From NCBI GenBank assembly GCA_951406725.2, contig OX597821.1, positions 95,232,001 to 95,296,000 of the forward strand: a stretch of DNA of 64,000 nucleotides. Reading direction: 5' to 3'. This DNA comes from Octopus vulgaris. Lineage: Eukaryota. The translations under genes were made by a program, and so were the position numbers. Numbering within the stretch: the first letter of the stretch is position 1; each line of letters opens with the position of its first letter. The notes under the pieces are model-generated. The model saw only the letters and a list, made by a program, of their open reading frames with translations. It was not told the origin of the DNA and made no database searches. This document shows positions 1 through 12,606 of this stretch, piece after piece.

Positions 1-185
1 TGGGGGATGAAGTTTGCAGAAATTGAAGAAAAAAGCACCAAATATCTTACAAACTATAGAATTTTCTCAATAAGACCAAGAGAAAAAGATGTTTTATAAA
101 CACATTCTACCAGTATACGAAGTTTTTAATTTTTTAGTTACTTAGAAATTATGTTAAAAACTGCCGTTCAAAACCGAAAAGATCC
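1..185. mobile_element. Right part of a GGATC-terminal MITE, truncated by the window edge
   Basis: Near-identical to about 785-960, ending in CCGAAAAGATCC. Confidence 0.7.
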
Positions 186-399
186 GAAGTTTTTATAAGT
201 CAGAGCAAATAAATTTTAATAGTGAAAAGAATTTAAAGTGAAACAAAATTTATTAAAATAAAAATGTTTTGTTTGTAATATATTGCAAGTACAAGCGATA
301 TTGTAAGGGAGGTAAATCTTCGAGTACTAAGATCCTAAGGGCAGATAATTTGCTGACGAACCCTGTTTATGAGTGATTATGAGTAAATGCTTGAAAGCG

Positions 400-477
<78 letters not shown>

Positions 478-546
478 ACACTTTCTTCACTCAACCTCTC
501 TCTCCTATCAGCCACCAAAATGTAATATACGCGCAAGACAGTATTC

Positions 547-960
547 GGATCTTTTCGGTTTGAACGGCAGTTTTTTCTAGCGGTGTCATATGAAATTGTC
601 ACCCATAATTATGACCCTAGTATCGATCTATTGCATTTCAATCTGTTTTAGGGTTAGGGGTGGCGGGAAGGGTATCTTTTTTTTCTTCAACAAATGTAAA
701 TAAACCCAATCTGTTTCTTAAACGAGGGACATATTCATACGGCACAGAATGTTTTTTTACCTCAATAGACGTCAGTGATTGATTGAAATTGCAGAAATTG
801 AAGAAAAAAAACAACAAATATCTTACAAACCATAGAATTTTCTCAATAAAGCCAAGAGAAAAAGATGTTTTATAAACACATTCTACCAGTATACGAAGTT
901 TCAAATTTTTTAGTTACCTCGAAATTATGTTAAAAACTGCCGGTCAAACCGAAAAGATCC
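547..960. mobile_element. MITE with TIR GGATCTTTTCGGTTTGAACGGCAGTTTTT
   Basis: About 29-bp terminal inverted repeats; related copies at 1-185 and 52350-53073. Confidence 0.75.
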
Positions 961-1087
961 GTAACTTCTAATAAAAATCTGATCGGTCTAACTTATGAAA
1001 GCTTGGCAAAGTAGATAACTTAATAATGATGAAAAGTGAGCAATCGTAATTTCTACCTTTCTCCGTTATTTTTTATTTTTTTTTTTT

Positions 1088-1517
1088 GGCAATCTTTCGT
1101 CCCTAGTAGACCTTTCCGTCGATTTCCGTAAAAAAAATTTTTTTTTACATATGGGCTTGCGGGAACTTTTGAAGTAATGAGAGCGAAAGAGACTAAGAGA
1201 AAGCGATTGTATGACGAGGGAAGTTCTTTTGAAGTTACCGTCCAGGGGAAGCATTGATGTACATCTGTGTGTGTGTGTGTGTGTGTTTGATGGGGTGTGG
1301 GAGACAGACAGTATGTTGTGTAAGTGAAGTGCTTCTGTTAGTGTGTGTGAAGAGACAGAGTAATGTGTGAAAGAAAGAGATAACTGAAATTTTTTACTCG
1401 GTGTATGTGTATATGTATGTATATTACTTCAAAAGTTCCCGCAAGCCCATATGTTAAAAAAAAAAAAATTTTTTTACGGAAATCGACGGAAAGGTCTACT
1501 AGAAACGAAAGATCGCC
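1088..1517. mobile_element. MITE with about 90-bp TIRs starting GGC(G/A)ATCTTTCGTC
   Basis: Long inverted termini around an internal GT/GA microsatellite; other copies at 48899-49234 and 51912-52165. Confidence 0.8.
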
Positions 1518-1707
1518 GAAAGCTTGGCAAAGTAGATAACTTAATGATGATGAAAAGTGAGCAATCGCAATTTCTACCTTTCTCCATTTTTTTTTTTTTA
1601 AAGAGAAAGAGAAACGAGATGTGCAAAGGAAGGGAGATAAATATAACGAAGGACTAGGAAAATGAAGTTATCTGTAGAAATAAAAGTGAAGTAGAAGCAA
1701 GACTTAC

Positions 1708-1832
1708 GTTTCCTGTTCAACATATTTGATAAGACATAGAGCTTTTCTCTGTAGTAACCAGAGAAAGTTGTTAATATGTGATTCCCACACACCACATAGG
1801 TTTCCTGAAGAGATTCTGGGCAGCTGTAGAAG
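1708..1832 (-). CDS. C9orf72: C9orf72 coding exon 7 (LLQLPRISSGNLCGVWESHINNFLWLLQRKALCLIKYVEQET); terminal exon lies outside the window
   Basis: TTTCAG| acceptor (in-frame alternative CTACAG| at 1823), |GTAAGT donor, phase 0-2. Matches human FLLVLHRKALTLIKYIEDDT. Confidence 0.9.
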
Positions 1833-2247
1833 CTGAAACAGGCAACAAAGATCTTGTAAACAACAATAATGATTTCTTTATATCGGTTTCAAATTTTGGC
1901 ACAAGGCCAGCATTTTCGGGGGAGGAGGGGGAGGTAAATCGATTACACTGACCCCAATGCTCTATTGGTACTTATTTTATTGACCCCTGAAAGGATGAAA
2001 GGCAAAGTTGGCCTCGGCGGAATTTGAACTCAGAACGTAGATGAATGAAATGCTACTAAGTATTTTGCCAGGTGTGCTAACGATTCTGCCAACTTGATTA
2101 GTACAAGATTACAAGCATATATGATAGCGTGTTTTGAGGACCCGATTGAATCTCTAGTTTTTATTTTATGAAGCATGAAGAGAAGGAAAAATAAAATAAA
2201 TTCTACAAATATGATCTCAAATTATGGAGAAACACAAGTCAATACTA

Positions 2248-3290
2248 CATCATCATCATCGTTTAACGTCCGTTTTCCATGCTGGCATGGGTTGGACGGT
2301 TCAACTAGGGTCTGGGAAGCCAGAAGGCTACACCAGGCCCAGTCTGATCTGGCAGTGTTTCTACAGCTGGATGCCCGTCCTAACACCAACCACTCCGTGA
2401 GTGTAGTGGGTGCTTTTTACGTGCCATCTGCACAGGTGCCAGACGAGGCTGGCAAACAGCCATGGTCGGATGGTGCTTTTTATGTGCCACTGGCACGGGG
2501 GCCAGATGAGGCTGGCAACGGCCACAATCGGATGGTGCTTTATTTAATCTTTTAGCATATAAATTGACCATATCAGGCTTAAATATTCTACTTGCTTCAT
2601 GTAAAAACTGGTTAGATCTGGCCTATCACACTTACCCTACAATATAATTCTAAAATTAACAGTTACCCCTTCAAAATCTCAAAGCTACAAGATAACACGT
2701 GGTTAATTGAAAACTGTGAATAAATTACTTTTGACAGAATAACATGAATGTTAAAGAGTTAATTCCAATGTGCCACAATTTCTGTAACCATTTGTGTATA
2801 TGAAACAAATAAAAATAACAAAAACAATGACAACAATAACAGGATTAAAGGTAAAGATGTTCACTTATTTGGAAAACTCTGAAAGCAATGTTGACACTAG
2901 ATTAATTTTCTGAAAATCAAAATCGAAGAAGTGAAAATCAAAATCGAAGAATCAAATCCAATCGAAATCGATCCACATCAATGGAATTTGTAGTTTGTCG
3001 CACCAGTGCTGGTGGCACATAAGAGAACCATCTGAACGTGGCCATAGCCAGCACCGCATCGATTGGCCTCCGTGCTGGTGGCATGTAACAAACACCATCC
3101 AAGCGTGGCCGTTCGCCAGCCTCGTCTGGCACCTGTGTCGGTGGCACATAAAAAGCACCCACTACACTCACAAAGTGGTTGGCGTTAGGAAGGGCATCCA
3201 GCTGTAGAAACACCGCCAGATCAGACCCCAGTTAAACCGTCCAACCCATGCTAGCATGGAAAGCGGACTTTAAACGATGATGATGATGAT
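2248..3290. repeat. Inverted pair of short RTE-tail repeats (family A); others at about 10393-10710, 12836-13140, 16835-17110, 24441-25061, 31618-31785, 37060-37320 and 37701-37855
   Basis: (CAT)n-CGTTTAACGTCCGTTTTCCATGCTRGCATGGGTTGGACGG at about 2248, and its reverse complement ending at about 3290. Confidence 0.75.
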
Positions 3291-3860
3291 AAAGAAGGCA
3301 CACCAGATAAAGCTGTACATACATACACAGAGCATTGCTTGTCATACTTGATAACAATTATTTTGTATCTAGATTATCAGTCACTGCATGATCATAGTAC
3401 ATATCCTGATCTGAGAATATGTCAACTTTTCTGACCTCTCAGATCAGGTTCTCTAGGGAAGTTACAATTTATCTCTGTAGGGGATAAGTGCACTATAAAA
3501 TTAGTTAAATCTGACTATCAAAGAGCCCAACTAAATCAATTCAATGTGAAGTTAAATATCATAGTAAGCGCATGGCTTAGTGGTTAGGGTGTCAGCACCA
3601 TGATCGTAAGATAGTGGTTTCGATTCCTGGACCGGGCGACGCGTTCTGTTGTTGAGCAAAACACTTCATTTCACGTTGCTCCAGTCCACTCAGCTGGCAA
3701 AAATGAGTAACGCTGCGATGGACTGGCGTCCCGTCCAGCTGGGGAACACATACGCCATAAAAACCGGGGAACCGGGCCCATGAGCCTGGCTAGGCTTTAA
3801 AAGGGCGCATTTATTTATTTAAGCACATGAAAGCAGGAATGTAAGTAAACAAAGATTCAG

Positions 3861-4062
3861 ATCGGTTCAAATATGTTTGGGACATATTTGACCTGTAAAA
3901 AGTCTGCTTTTGCTGTGGTTTATCATTGAAAAAATTTCTCTTTATGCATTGGGCATTAAAAACACAAATTACCTAAAAGGAGAATTTTTCTCAACGGGAA
4001 ACTGCAATGAAAACAGTCTATAAAATAAAGGTCAAATTAGTCCCAAACATATTTGAACTGAT
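3861..4062. mobile_element. Small MITE-like inverted-repeat element
   Basis: ATCGGTTCAAATATGTTTGGGAC..ATTTGACCT versus AGGTCAAAT..GTCCCAAACATATTTGAACTGAT. Confidence 0.55.
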
Positions 4063-4104
4063 TTAAATGCCAAGTTGAACTGGCACTCTGTCAGTTATAT
4101 AATA

Positions 4105-4715
4105 AATAATAATAATAATAATGAAATTATTGTATACAGTGCTCAGGTGCACCACAACTTGTCAGAAAGTGCATATAAAGTCTGGAAAGCGAACAATGTA
4201 TGAATCAGATACATGCTTGTGTGTGTATGGAGGGGAGAAAATCAGGTGTAGTGTTGGCGAATCTCAGGAAGTATGGAAGTTTTGAAGGATGCAGTGCTCC
4301 GACAACTAACAACTGATGCCGGCAGTTTGTCCCATGCTTCAGCAACTCTCAGTGTGAAAAAATATTTCCTAAAGTCATGGGAGCTGTGCTGTTTTCTGAC
4401 TTTGTAAACATGTCCACGGGTGTTAGACAGGTGGAGTTCAAAAAGGTGCTCAGAGTTATTGTTTTTAAGATGGTTAATAATTTTATGGGTGTCTGCCAAG
4501 TCAGCTGCCAGACATCGGAGTTTCAATGTGTTCATGCCCAGGGAAGTAAGGCATTCAGAATATGGCAAATGCCTGATGGAGGGTATTCTCTTGGTTGCAC
4601 GTCACTGAACAGCTTCCAGACGATTAATTTCCTGGGCAAGATAGGGGTTCCAGACCAGTAATGCAAATTCCAGGTGAGGTCTTACCATAGCTATATAAAG
4701 CCGCAGATAGATAGC
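4105..4715 (-). mobile_element. 3' fragment of a CR1-clade LINE (RT C-terminus plus tail)
   Basis: LYIAMVRPHLEF..VWNPY..RATKRIP..TRGHVYKVRK..RKYFFTLRVAEAWDKLP. Shorter copies at about 8915-9300, 18890-19205 and 50165-50205. Confidence 0.8.
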
Positions 4716-4844
4716 CGCAGTGGGACTGAACCCGGAACCATGTGGTTGGTAAACAAGCTACTTACCACACAGCCACTCCTGCGCCAGGGATATATCTTTC
4801 TCTAACCACCAAATATTAATGAAGTATTGCTTCATTAATATTTA

Positions 4845-5240
4845 ACTAATCATGTGTTATATCTTATCATTACCCTACCCACCTCAATCCTGTAAACCAT
4901 AGATTAAATCTCATCTTCAAACTACCCCCCACAGTTACATAAACTATGGATTAAATCTTATCATAAAACTACTTACCATAACTCTATCAACCATAGGCTA
5001 AATGTTAGCATTAAACACCCAGGTCAGCTCAGTCAACCAGTAAGCTAAAATTAAACAGCTCATTCCTGCTCTATCACTCATGGGTTAAACCTTTCCATTA
5101 ATCAACCCACCACTTCCATTCAAAGAAATTCATTAAATCTATCAATCTTCAATCAAATTCACCAATAATCTACTCATGGTTTAATCTCATAACTAAACAA
5201 TCCCCACTTCACTACATAAAGCTAGGATTAAACATTACCA
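4845..5240. repeat. Highly degenerate tandem repeat of about 45-50 bp
   Basis: Recurring CCAT(A/G)GATTAAATCT..CAT..AAAC..CCC motif. Confidence 0.5.
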
Positions 5241-5242
5241 TT

Positions 5243-5532
5243 GTGGAGGCACATGGCCTAGTGGTTAGAGCAGCGGACTCGTGATCGAGGGATCAAGGGT
5301 TCGAATCTCAGACCAGGCGATGTGTGTGTTTATGAGCGAAACGCCTAAGCTCCACGCAGCTCCGGCAGAAGGTAATGGCGAACTTCTGCTGACTTTCTCT
5401 CACTCTTTCCTCCTGCATCTTGCAGCTCACCTGTGACGGACCGGCGTCCCATCCAGGTGGGGAACCTATACGCCAAGGAAACAGGGAAACCGGCCCTATG
5501 AGCCCAGCATGGCTTGAGAAGGAACAAACAAA
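5243..5532 (+). mobile_element. tRNA-derived SINE family D (V-domain-like); related copies at about 3568-3820 (+), 35017-35268 (-), 53773-54157 (-) and 55620-55928 (-)
   Basis: TGGCCTAGTGGTTAG A-box, GGTTCGAATC B-box and GGCGTCCCRTCCAG..GGAAACCGG 3' domain. Ends about 22 bp from the donor of C9orf72 exon 6. Confidence 0.75.
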
Positions 5533-5554
5533 GATTACCATTAAAGTTACTCAC

Positions 5555-5615
5555 CTCTTTCCGGAGCGTTTTCACAAATGATTCAGCACAGTCTGTGACA
5601 GTAACAAAACTTTTA
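5555..5615 (-). CDS. C9orf72: C9orf72 coding exon 6 (KSFVTVTDCAESFVKTLRKE)
   Basis: TTGCAG| acceptor, GAG|GTGAGT donor, 61 nt, phase 2-0, fitting both neighbours. Resembles human IFQDVLHRDTLVKAFLDQ. Confidence 0.82.
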
Positions 5616-6237
5616 CTGCAACACAAAACAATTATCAATGTTATAATGGTGGTGGTAGTGATGATGATGTTGATGATGTGGACTGGACTGGGAAATGATA
5701 GTAGTGGAAGCTTAACCAGTGGTATAATTAGTGAGTCTATGATATTTACCCCTCATGGACAATAATACCCCAAAGACAATTACCCCTGAGGACAACAAAT
5801 GATTTAAAACTTAATACATTGGAGATGGGGGGGTAATTAACCTAAGGCGGCGAGCTGGCAGAAACGTTAGCACGCCGGGTTAAATGTTTAGCGACATTTC
5901 TTCTGTCTTTACATTCTGAGTTCAAATTCCACCGAGGTCAACATTGGCTTTCATCCTTTCGGGGTCGATTAAATAAGTACCAGTTACGCACTGGGGTCGA
6001 TATAATCAACTTAATAACTATGTCTGTCCTTGTTTGTCCCCTCTGTGCTTAGCCCCTTGTGGGTAATAAAGAAATAGGTAATTAAACAAGGGAGATAATT
6101 TCCTAGGGGGAGTTGTCGTCGGGAGGAATTGTCCTATTGGGGGTAACTGTTCTGATACAATAATTAGTAGCTAAGAAACAAGTTGGTTATAAAGATGTCA
6201 ATGATAATAGGAATGATGACAACTTCCAGCTTTTGTT

Positions 6238-6645
6238 GTGAGACATGGAGTACAAGTAAGGCGAGTGATGATACATAGTGGCGAGACCATGGAGTATGAG
6301 TAAGGTGACTGACAGTATGTGGCAGTGTGATATAGAATACAAGGTGAGTGATGGTATGTAGTTGTAAAACATGGAATATGAGTAATGTAAGTGATGGTAT
6401 AAGTGTGCCATGGAATATAAGGTGACTGATGGTATATGGTGCTGAGAGATGGAATATGAGTGAAGGTGAGTGATGGCACAAGGTGGTGAGACAAGGAATG
6501 AGAATGGTGATGAGACATGGAATGTGTCTAATGTGAGTGATAATACATGGTAGTAAGACATGGAACATGAGTAAAGATATATGATGGTGTGACATGGTGT
6601 ATGAATAAGGTGAGTGATGATACATGGTGGTGAGACATGGATTGT
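6238..6645. repeat. Degenerate minisatellite of about 40-45 bp (about 10 units)
   Basis: GAGACATGGARTATGAGTAAGGTGAGTGATGRTAYATGGTGGT-like unit recurs and produces spurious ORFs. Confidence 0.75.
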
Positions 6646-6935
6646 GTGCAAGGAATATCATACTAAATGGTAGTGAGACAGTGGCAACAAATAATGATTT
6701 GTAAAATAATAAAAGCCTCAAATTTGCATGAGGTGGGGAAACAGTCAATTAAATGGACCCCAAAAGTTGACTCGCACTATATTCTATTGGCCCCAAAATA
6801 TGGACAACAAAGTTGACATTGGTGCTATTTGAAACTCAGAACATCATGAGACATAACTAAACAATGATGATGATGACAACAACAATGGTGATGATGATGA
6901 TGATGATAGTAACTGAAACAGAAAGACTCACTCAC

Positions 6936-7132
6936 CGTTTCATGTAGGATTCATAGTTATCATCATAATGCAGGCAAATAAGTTCGTTCTTCAGCATCTC
7001 TTGCCGATAGGTCTCGTGACTGGAATGATCAGGGGTCTGCAAGACTCTCTGTAGATTCAGGTCTATGATAGAACTTGGGTATTTACTGGTCAACATATCT
7101 TTCATCAGGTGAGAGATCTTGCTACCTGGTTC
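6936..7132 (-). CDS. C9orf72: C9orf72 coding exon 5 (EPGSKISHLMKDMLTSKYPSSIIDLNLQRVLQTPDHSSHETYRQEMLKNEL...)
   Basis: TTTCAG| acceptor, |GTGAGT donor, 197 nt, phase 0-2. Matches human VMYAPYPTTHIDVDVNTVKQMPPCHEH...RSEL. Confidence 0.9.
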
Positions 7133-7232
7133 CTGAAATAAAATATCATCAAATAAGATGAGTGACATTCAAATTCTTCATCTTTTTAAACATGATGACA
7201 TTTTTTTAGTCTTTTATTGATCAAACTTTACT

Positions 7233-7294
<62 letters not shown>

Positions 7295-7639
7295 CCTTTC
7301 TATTAAAGGCACAAGGCCTAAAATTGGGGGGGGGGGACTAGTCAATTACATCAACCCCAGTGTTTCACTAGTACTTAATTTATCGACCCCAAAAGGATGA
7401 AAGGCAAAGTCGACCTCGGTGGAAGTTGAACTCAGAACAGAAGGACAGACAAAATGCCACTAAGCATTTTGCCTGGGGCATGAAATGCTAAGTAGTATTT
7501 CGTCCGCCTCTATCTGTTTTGAGTTCAAATTCCCCCAAGGTCGATTTACCTTTCATTATTTGGAAGTCAATAAAATAACAGTTGAGTAAGGGGTTGATGT
7601 AATTGACTTAACCTTTCCACCAAATTTCAGGCTTTATGC

Positions 7640-8752
7640 TGAGGGTGGATGCTCTGAAAGTGTAGCTGCTAGAATAAGAATAGCCTGGGCAAAGTTCAGA
7701 GAGCCCCTACCTCAGCTGGTGACAAAGGGCCTCTCGCTCAGAGTAAAAGGTAGGCTGTATGACGCATGTGTGCGAACAGCCATGCTACATGGCTGTGAAA
7801 CATGGACTGTGACTGCTGAGGACATGCGTAAGCTTGCAAGGAATGAAGCCAGTATGTTCCGCTAGATGTGTAATGTCAGTGTGCATACTCAACAGAGTGT
7901 AAGCGCCCTGAGAGAAAAGTTGGACTTAAGAAGCATCAGACGTGGTGTGCAAGAGAGACGATTGAGCTGGTATGGTCATGTATTGCGAATAGGTGAGAAC
8001 AGCTGTGTGGAAAAGTGTCACACCCTAGCAGTAGAGGGAACCTGTGGAAGAGGTAGACCCAGAAAGACCTGGGATGAGGTGGTGAAGCAGGACCTTCCAA
8101 CATTGGGCCTCACCGAGGCAATGACAAGTGACTGAGACCTTTGGAGCTTTGCTTGAGAAGACCCAGCAAACCAAGTGAGACTGTAACTGTAGTCTATGCC
8201 AGTGCAGCATAACCAGCCATTTAAGAGTACCCTTCAATCATTGGACAATAAACTGTGCTTGCGAAGACCTGTTGAGGCAAGTGAAATTGTTGTCATGGCC
8301 TATGACAGTACCACCTGATTGGCACCCGTGCCAGTGGCACATTAAAAGCACCATTCCAGCATGGTCGTTGCCAGTTCCGCCTAACTGGATCCCGTGCTAG
8401 TGGCATGTAAAAAGTGCCATTCAAGCGTGGTTGATACCAGTGCCAGCTGAGTGGTCCTGTGCTGGTGGCACATAAAAAGCATCATTTAAGCGAGGTCAAG
8501 GCCAGTCCATAAAAAGCACCATTCAAGCGTGGTCGATGCCAGTACTGCCCGACTGGCCCTTGTGCTGGTGGCACGTAAAAAGCACCCACTACACTCTCAG
8601 AGTGGTTGGCATTAGGAAGGGCATCCAGTTGTAGAAACTTGCTAGATAGGATTGGAGCCTGGTACAGCCTTCTGGCTTGCCAGCCCCCAGTCAAACCATC
8701 CAACCCATGCCAGCATGGAGAACGGACGTTAAACGATGATGATGATGATGAT
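7640..8752 (+). mobile_element. 3' fragment of an RTE-clade LINE with (GAT)n tail
   Basis: RIRIAWAKFR..KGRLYDACVRTAMLHG.ETW..RRLSWYGHVLRI..GRGRPRKTWDEVVK, with an in-frame stop. The 3' UTR is shared with many short copies. Confidence 0.8.
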
Positions 8753-9415
8753 GTCCGGTTTAAATGCCAAATGGTTAAAGGAAGACATAGAGCAGGAACG
8801 GGGAATGCTTCTATATTTGAAGTCATTGCTGAATTTACTGTTACATTAGAAAACTAAACCTTTATTAAATATAAGGAAATAACTATATTTATTGTGAAAA
8901 TGTAATTTTAGTATATAATGAATTTATTGCAAACAGTGCTCAGATGCACTAAAACACATCAGAAAAAGAAACTAAAAGTGCATGAACAGTACATAGAATA
9001 TGCACAGGTAGTGAACTGTGAATGACTTTAAAAAAAACAGTTGGGGGGGGGGGGGGGGTATCAGGTGTTCTCTCAGCAAATTTCAGGAAGCACAGAAGTT
9101 TTGAAGAATGTAGTATCTCAACAGCTAACAACTGATGTGGATAGTTAATTCCATGCTTCAGCAATTCCGAATGTGAAAAAATGTTTCTGAAAATCATGAG
9201 CGTTGTGTTGTTTTTTTGATTTTGAAAGCATGTCCATGAGTGTTAGATGTATGGAATTCAAAAAAATGCCCAAGGTTGTTGTAGAAAAGATGGTGGATAG
9301 ATATTAAAGTAAAGAACTTAAAATCTAATCTGATCTTAGATTTATTTATTTATTAAACAAAGTAAATGGTGAGAGAAAAAAATTCATAAACAAAATAAAA
9401 CAATAAATAACTTAC

Positions 9416-9538
9416 AGCAACAATACCTTGAAGGTAAAGATCATGATGATAGGGCCACATCTTGCCTGTCTGGTCCAAGACACGTCGTGAACATAATCTC
9501 TCTTCTGGTGTGTTAAATAACGCCAGTGTGTTAATAAC
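9416..9538 (-). CDS. C9orf72: C9orf72 coding exon 4 (VINTLALFNTPEERLCSRRVLDQTGKMWPYHHDLYLQGIVA)
   Basis: Manual translation, not in the ORF track. GAAAG| acceptor, |GTAAGT donor, 123 nt, phase 0-0. Matches human IVRTLCLFLTPAERKCSRL...GLFVQGLLK. Confidence 0.92.
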
Positions 9539-9789
9539 CTTTCACGGAGGGAAAATGATAAACGAAATCAGAATTGTTATTTTCACATTTGTTTTAGTTT
9601 ATTTTAACCCTTTACCTGTCCAAAACAGTTTCATAAGTTTGTCCCATACATTCGTGCTTGTGTCCAGACTTTTAGTTAACCCTTGTTTCATAAGTTCTGA
9701 GTAGCTTTCCTTTCTCAAGTCCCAACTTATTCTGGCAGTTGCAAAAAATTGGAAATGCATATTTATATATTATGCATGGATACCAGGGA

Positions 9790-10390
9790 AATATATTGTG
9801 TATCATCATCATCATTGTTCAACCGTGGTCGAAACAATGGAATTTACCATGCTACGCCAGACTTCACGGTCCATCATGGCATTACGGAGGTCCTGTTGCT
9901 GGATGCCTGTATCCCTGGAGATTACATCAAGGTAGGAGAGTGTGCGCCCTCTGGTATTGCGAGTAGATGGCTTCCAGAGGAGAAGAGTAGAAATTACCTC
10001 TTTTTCAGCTCTACAACAATGTCCATCAAACTGGACTCTCCTACCTTTCACAAGAGATGACACAGGTGGTAGTTTCCCATATATTTGCATTTTGGTTGGA
10101 TGGCGCCTCCACAAGAGATTTTGAGCTCTCATAAGGAGGCGAGTGTAGATTCCACCCAACCGCCTCTCAAGCTTCTTTGATAACGTCCAGGTTTCTGAGC
10201 CATATAGTAGAATTGGTTCGACTGTGGCTTTGAAGATTTCAAGTTTGAAGTCTCTACTTAGATTTGATGATCAGATCTTATGCATGTCATTACAGGCTGA
10301 CCAGGCCATACCCTTTCTAGTTAGAAAGTCTTTTCCAGATGATGATATGTATGACCCAAGATATTTGTAATCAGAAACCATATTTAAGGG
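9790..10390 (-). mobile_element. 3' fragment of a second RTE-like LINE family
   Basis: YKYLGSYI..RKGMAWSAC..KATVEPILLYGSETWTL..RLGGIYTRLLMRAQN..GHCCR..LLLWKP..RGR. Confidence 0.75.
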
Positions 10391-12477
10391 CACATCATCA
10401 TTTAACATCATGCTGGCATGGATTGGCTGGTTTGACAGGAGCCAGTGAGGCGGGAGCAAACCAGGCGGTAGCCAGCCAGGCAGGAGCCAGCCAGGCAGGA
10501 GCCAGCCAGGCGGGAGCCTGCACCAGATTTCTGTCTCAGTTTTGACAGCGTTTTTACAGCTAGATGCCCTTCCTAGCACCAACCACCCAGCAGAGTGGAC
10601 CGAGTGCTTTTTACACAGCACAAGCACAGGCAAGGTCAGTTTTGGCAAGGTTTTTACAGCTAGATGCCCTTCCAAACACCAGCCACTTTACAGTGTGGCC
10701 TGGATGCAGGTTTAAAAAAGAAAACATGAGCAAGGTAGTATACATCCTTGTATATTGAATAAATATATAGCCCCAAAAAATATCAAACATTTTTTCATTT
10801 GGTTATTTTATATGAAATGTTAACGATGAGGGTAAATGTGTCTATATTAGGTACAAGGCCAGTGAATTTGAGGAGAGGGATCACAGTGGATACCATTGAC
10901 CCTAGCATTTGACTGGTACTTCCAAGGCAATTAACAAAGTTGATCTTAGCAGGATTTGAACACTGAATTTAAAGCATCAGACAAAATAACTTGTTATATT
11001 TGCTTTGGTTCTTTACATTCTGAGTTCAACTTTGTCTTTCATCCTTTTTGGGGGATCAATAAAATAAAGCACCAGCCAAGTACTGAAGTTAATGACATCA
11101 ACTACTCGCTCCCTTCAAACTGGCTGGCCTTGCACCTAAATTAGAAACAATTATATTTTATTATTAGATTGACTTTGCTTTTCATCCTTTCAGGGTCAAT
11201 AAATTAAGTACCAGTGAAGCACTGGGGGGGGGGGGGGTTTCAACATAATTGAGTAGCCCTCTCTCCCGACATTTCAGACTTTGTGCGTATAGTAAAAAGG
11301 ATTATTATATTAATTATGACATTCATGATCTTTTTGAAAAATAGGTAGAAGAGACCTTGATTGGACAGACCTATGACCAAAGGCATTCCAGTCATAACCA
11401 TTCTGGGTTTTTTTCCTATGAGTAGGAATCCTGAGCTAAAATATCCAACAAGTCATTTTCTAAGATGACAGAATGTAACTTGAGGGGAATTTGGTTGTTA
11501 TTTCGAGCGACTGGAGAAAACAGAAACTTTAACACAGGTTAACAAGGGACCTTGTTAACTTGTCTAAGAGTGTGACAATCAGTGGTATAATTGTTGAAAT
11601 TAACCCTAGTATTTTGGTGAAATATACAGAGCTGCCATAGCAAAACACATTACTAGAGAGATTTTGTAGCAAAAACGACATTACCAGATGGACAGCACTG
11701 TTGTAGCAACAATGTTGCCAGAGAGACAATGCTGTTGTAGCAACCACATGACAATCTCAGAGGACTTACAAACATCATAGATACTACCCTCTCTCTTTCT
11801 CTTTTACTTGTTTCAGTCATTTGACTGCAGCCATGCTGGAGCACCGCCTTTTGTTGAGCAAATCAACCCCAGGACTTGTTCTTTTGTAAGCCTAGTACTT
11901 ATTCTATCGGTCTCTTTTGCCGAGCCGCTAAGTTACGGAGACGCAATCACACCAGCATCGGTTGTCAAGCGATGTTGGGGGGGACAAACACAGACACACA
12001 AACACACATATATATGACAGGCTTCTTTCAGTTTCCGTCTACCAAATCCACTCACAAGGCTTTGGTCGGCCTGAGGCTATAGTAGAAGACACTTGCCCAA
12101 GGTGCCACGCAGTGGGACCGAACCCAGAACCATGTGGTTGGCAAGCAAGCTACTTACCACACAGCCACTCCTGCGCCGTATTATAACACTAAGTTATAAT
12201 AATCTAAAAAAGACAAAGTTACCATAGCAACAACTTCGCCATGGCAACACACCTTCTGTATTACACTAAGAATAACCAGTTGTAATTATGGCAACCATAA
12301 AGAAGAAACTGAGATGACATGGCGATGTCAAAATAAGAAACTACAAATTGTAAACGGGGGGGTGGGGAGTTATCCTTTCACCCCCTACTCTAGCCCCGAA
12401 AAACAACAACAACAAATAAAATAACTTGTGTTAAATACCAAATAAAGACATTAAAACAATTAGTGCTAATTACTTAC

Positions 12478-12606
12478 TAAATTGACTTGCTTGATATGTT
12501 TACCAATGACGACGCTGCGGCCGAAGGTCATAAGGTGCGATGATATCATTGTCCGGAGGAAGTCCTCTTCGATGCTGTGAGACGGGCAGAGGATGCTGTC
12601 ATCAAC
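12478..12606 (-). CDS. C9orf72: C9orf72 coding exon 3 (VDDSILCPSHSIEEDFLRTMISSHLMTFGRSVVIGKHIKQVNL)
   Basis: TCCATCAG| acceptor, |GTAAGT donor, 129 nt, phase 0-0. Matches human FLLNAISSHLQTCGCSVVVGSSAEKVNK. Confidence 0.92.

Noticed and set aside
300-400. Possible final C9orf72 exon after AAACAG on the minus strand
   Set aside because: It gives a short peptide with no similarity to the conserved C-terminus (L..DL.L..EGD..I.LA.AEK.KPG); the true exon is probably outside the window.
5243-5320. tRNA gene-like sequences (also at 3568 and at the heads of SINE families B and C)
   Set aside because: The A/B boxes continue into SINE bodies that occur in multiple copies, and there is no complete cloverleaf.
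6238-6645. CRISPR-like periodic repeat
   Set aside because: It has no unique spacers or cas genes and is in a eukaryotic context.
6164-6748. 194-aa and 154-aa His-rich ORFs
   Set aside because: They arise from a degenerate minisatellite that is open in several frames.
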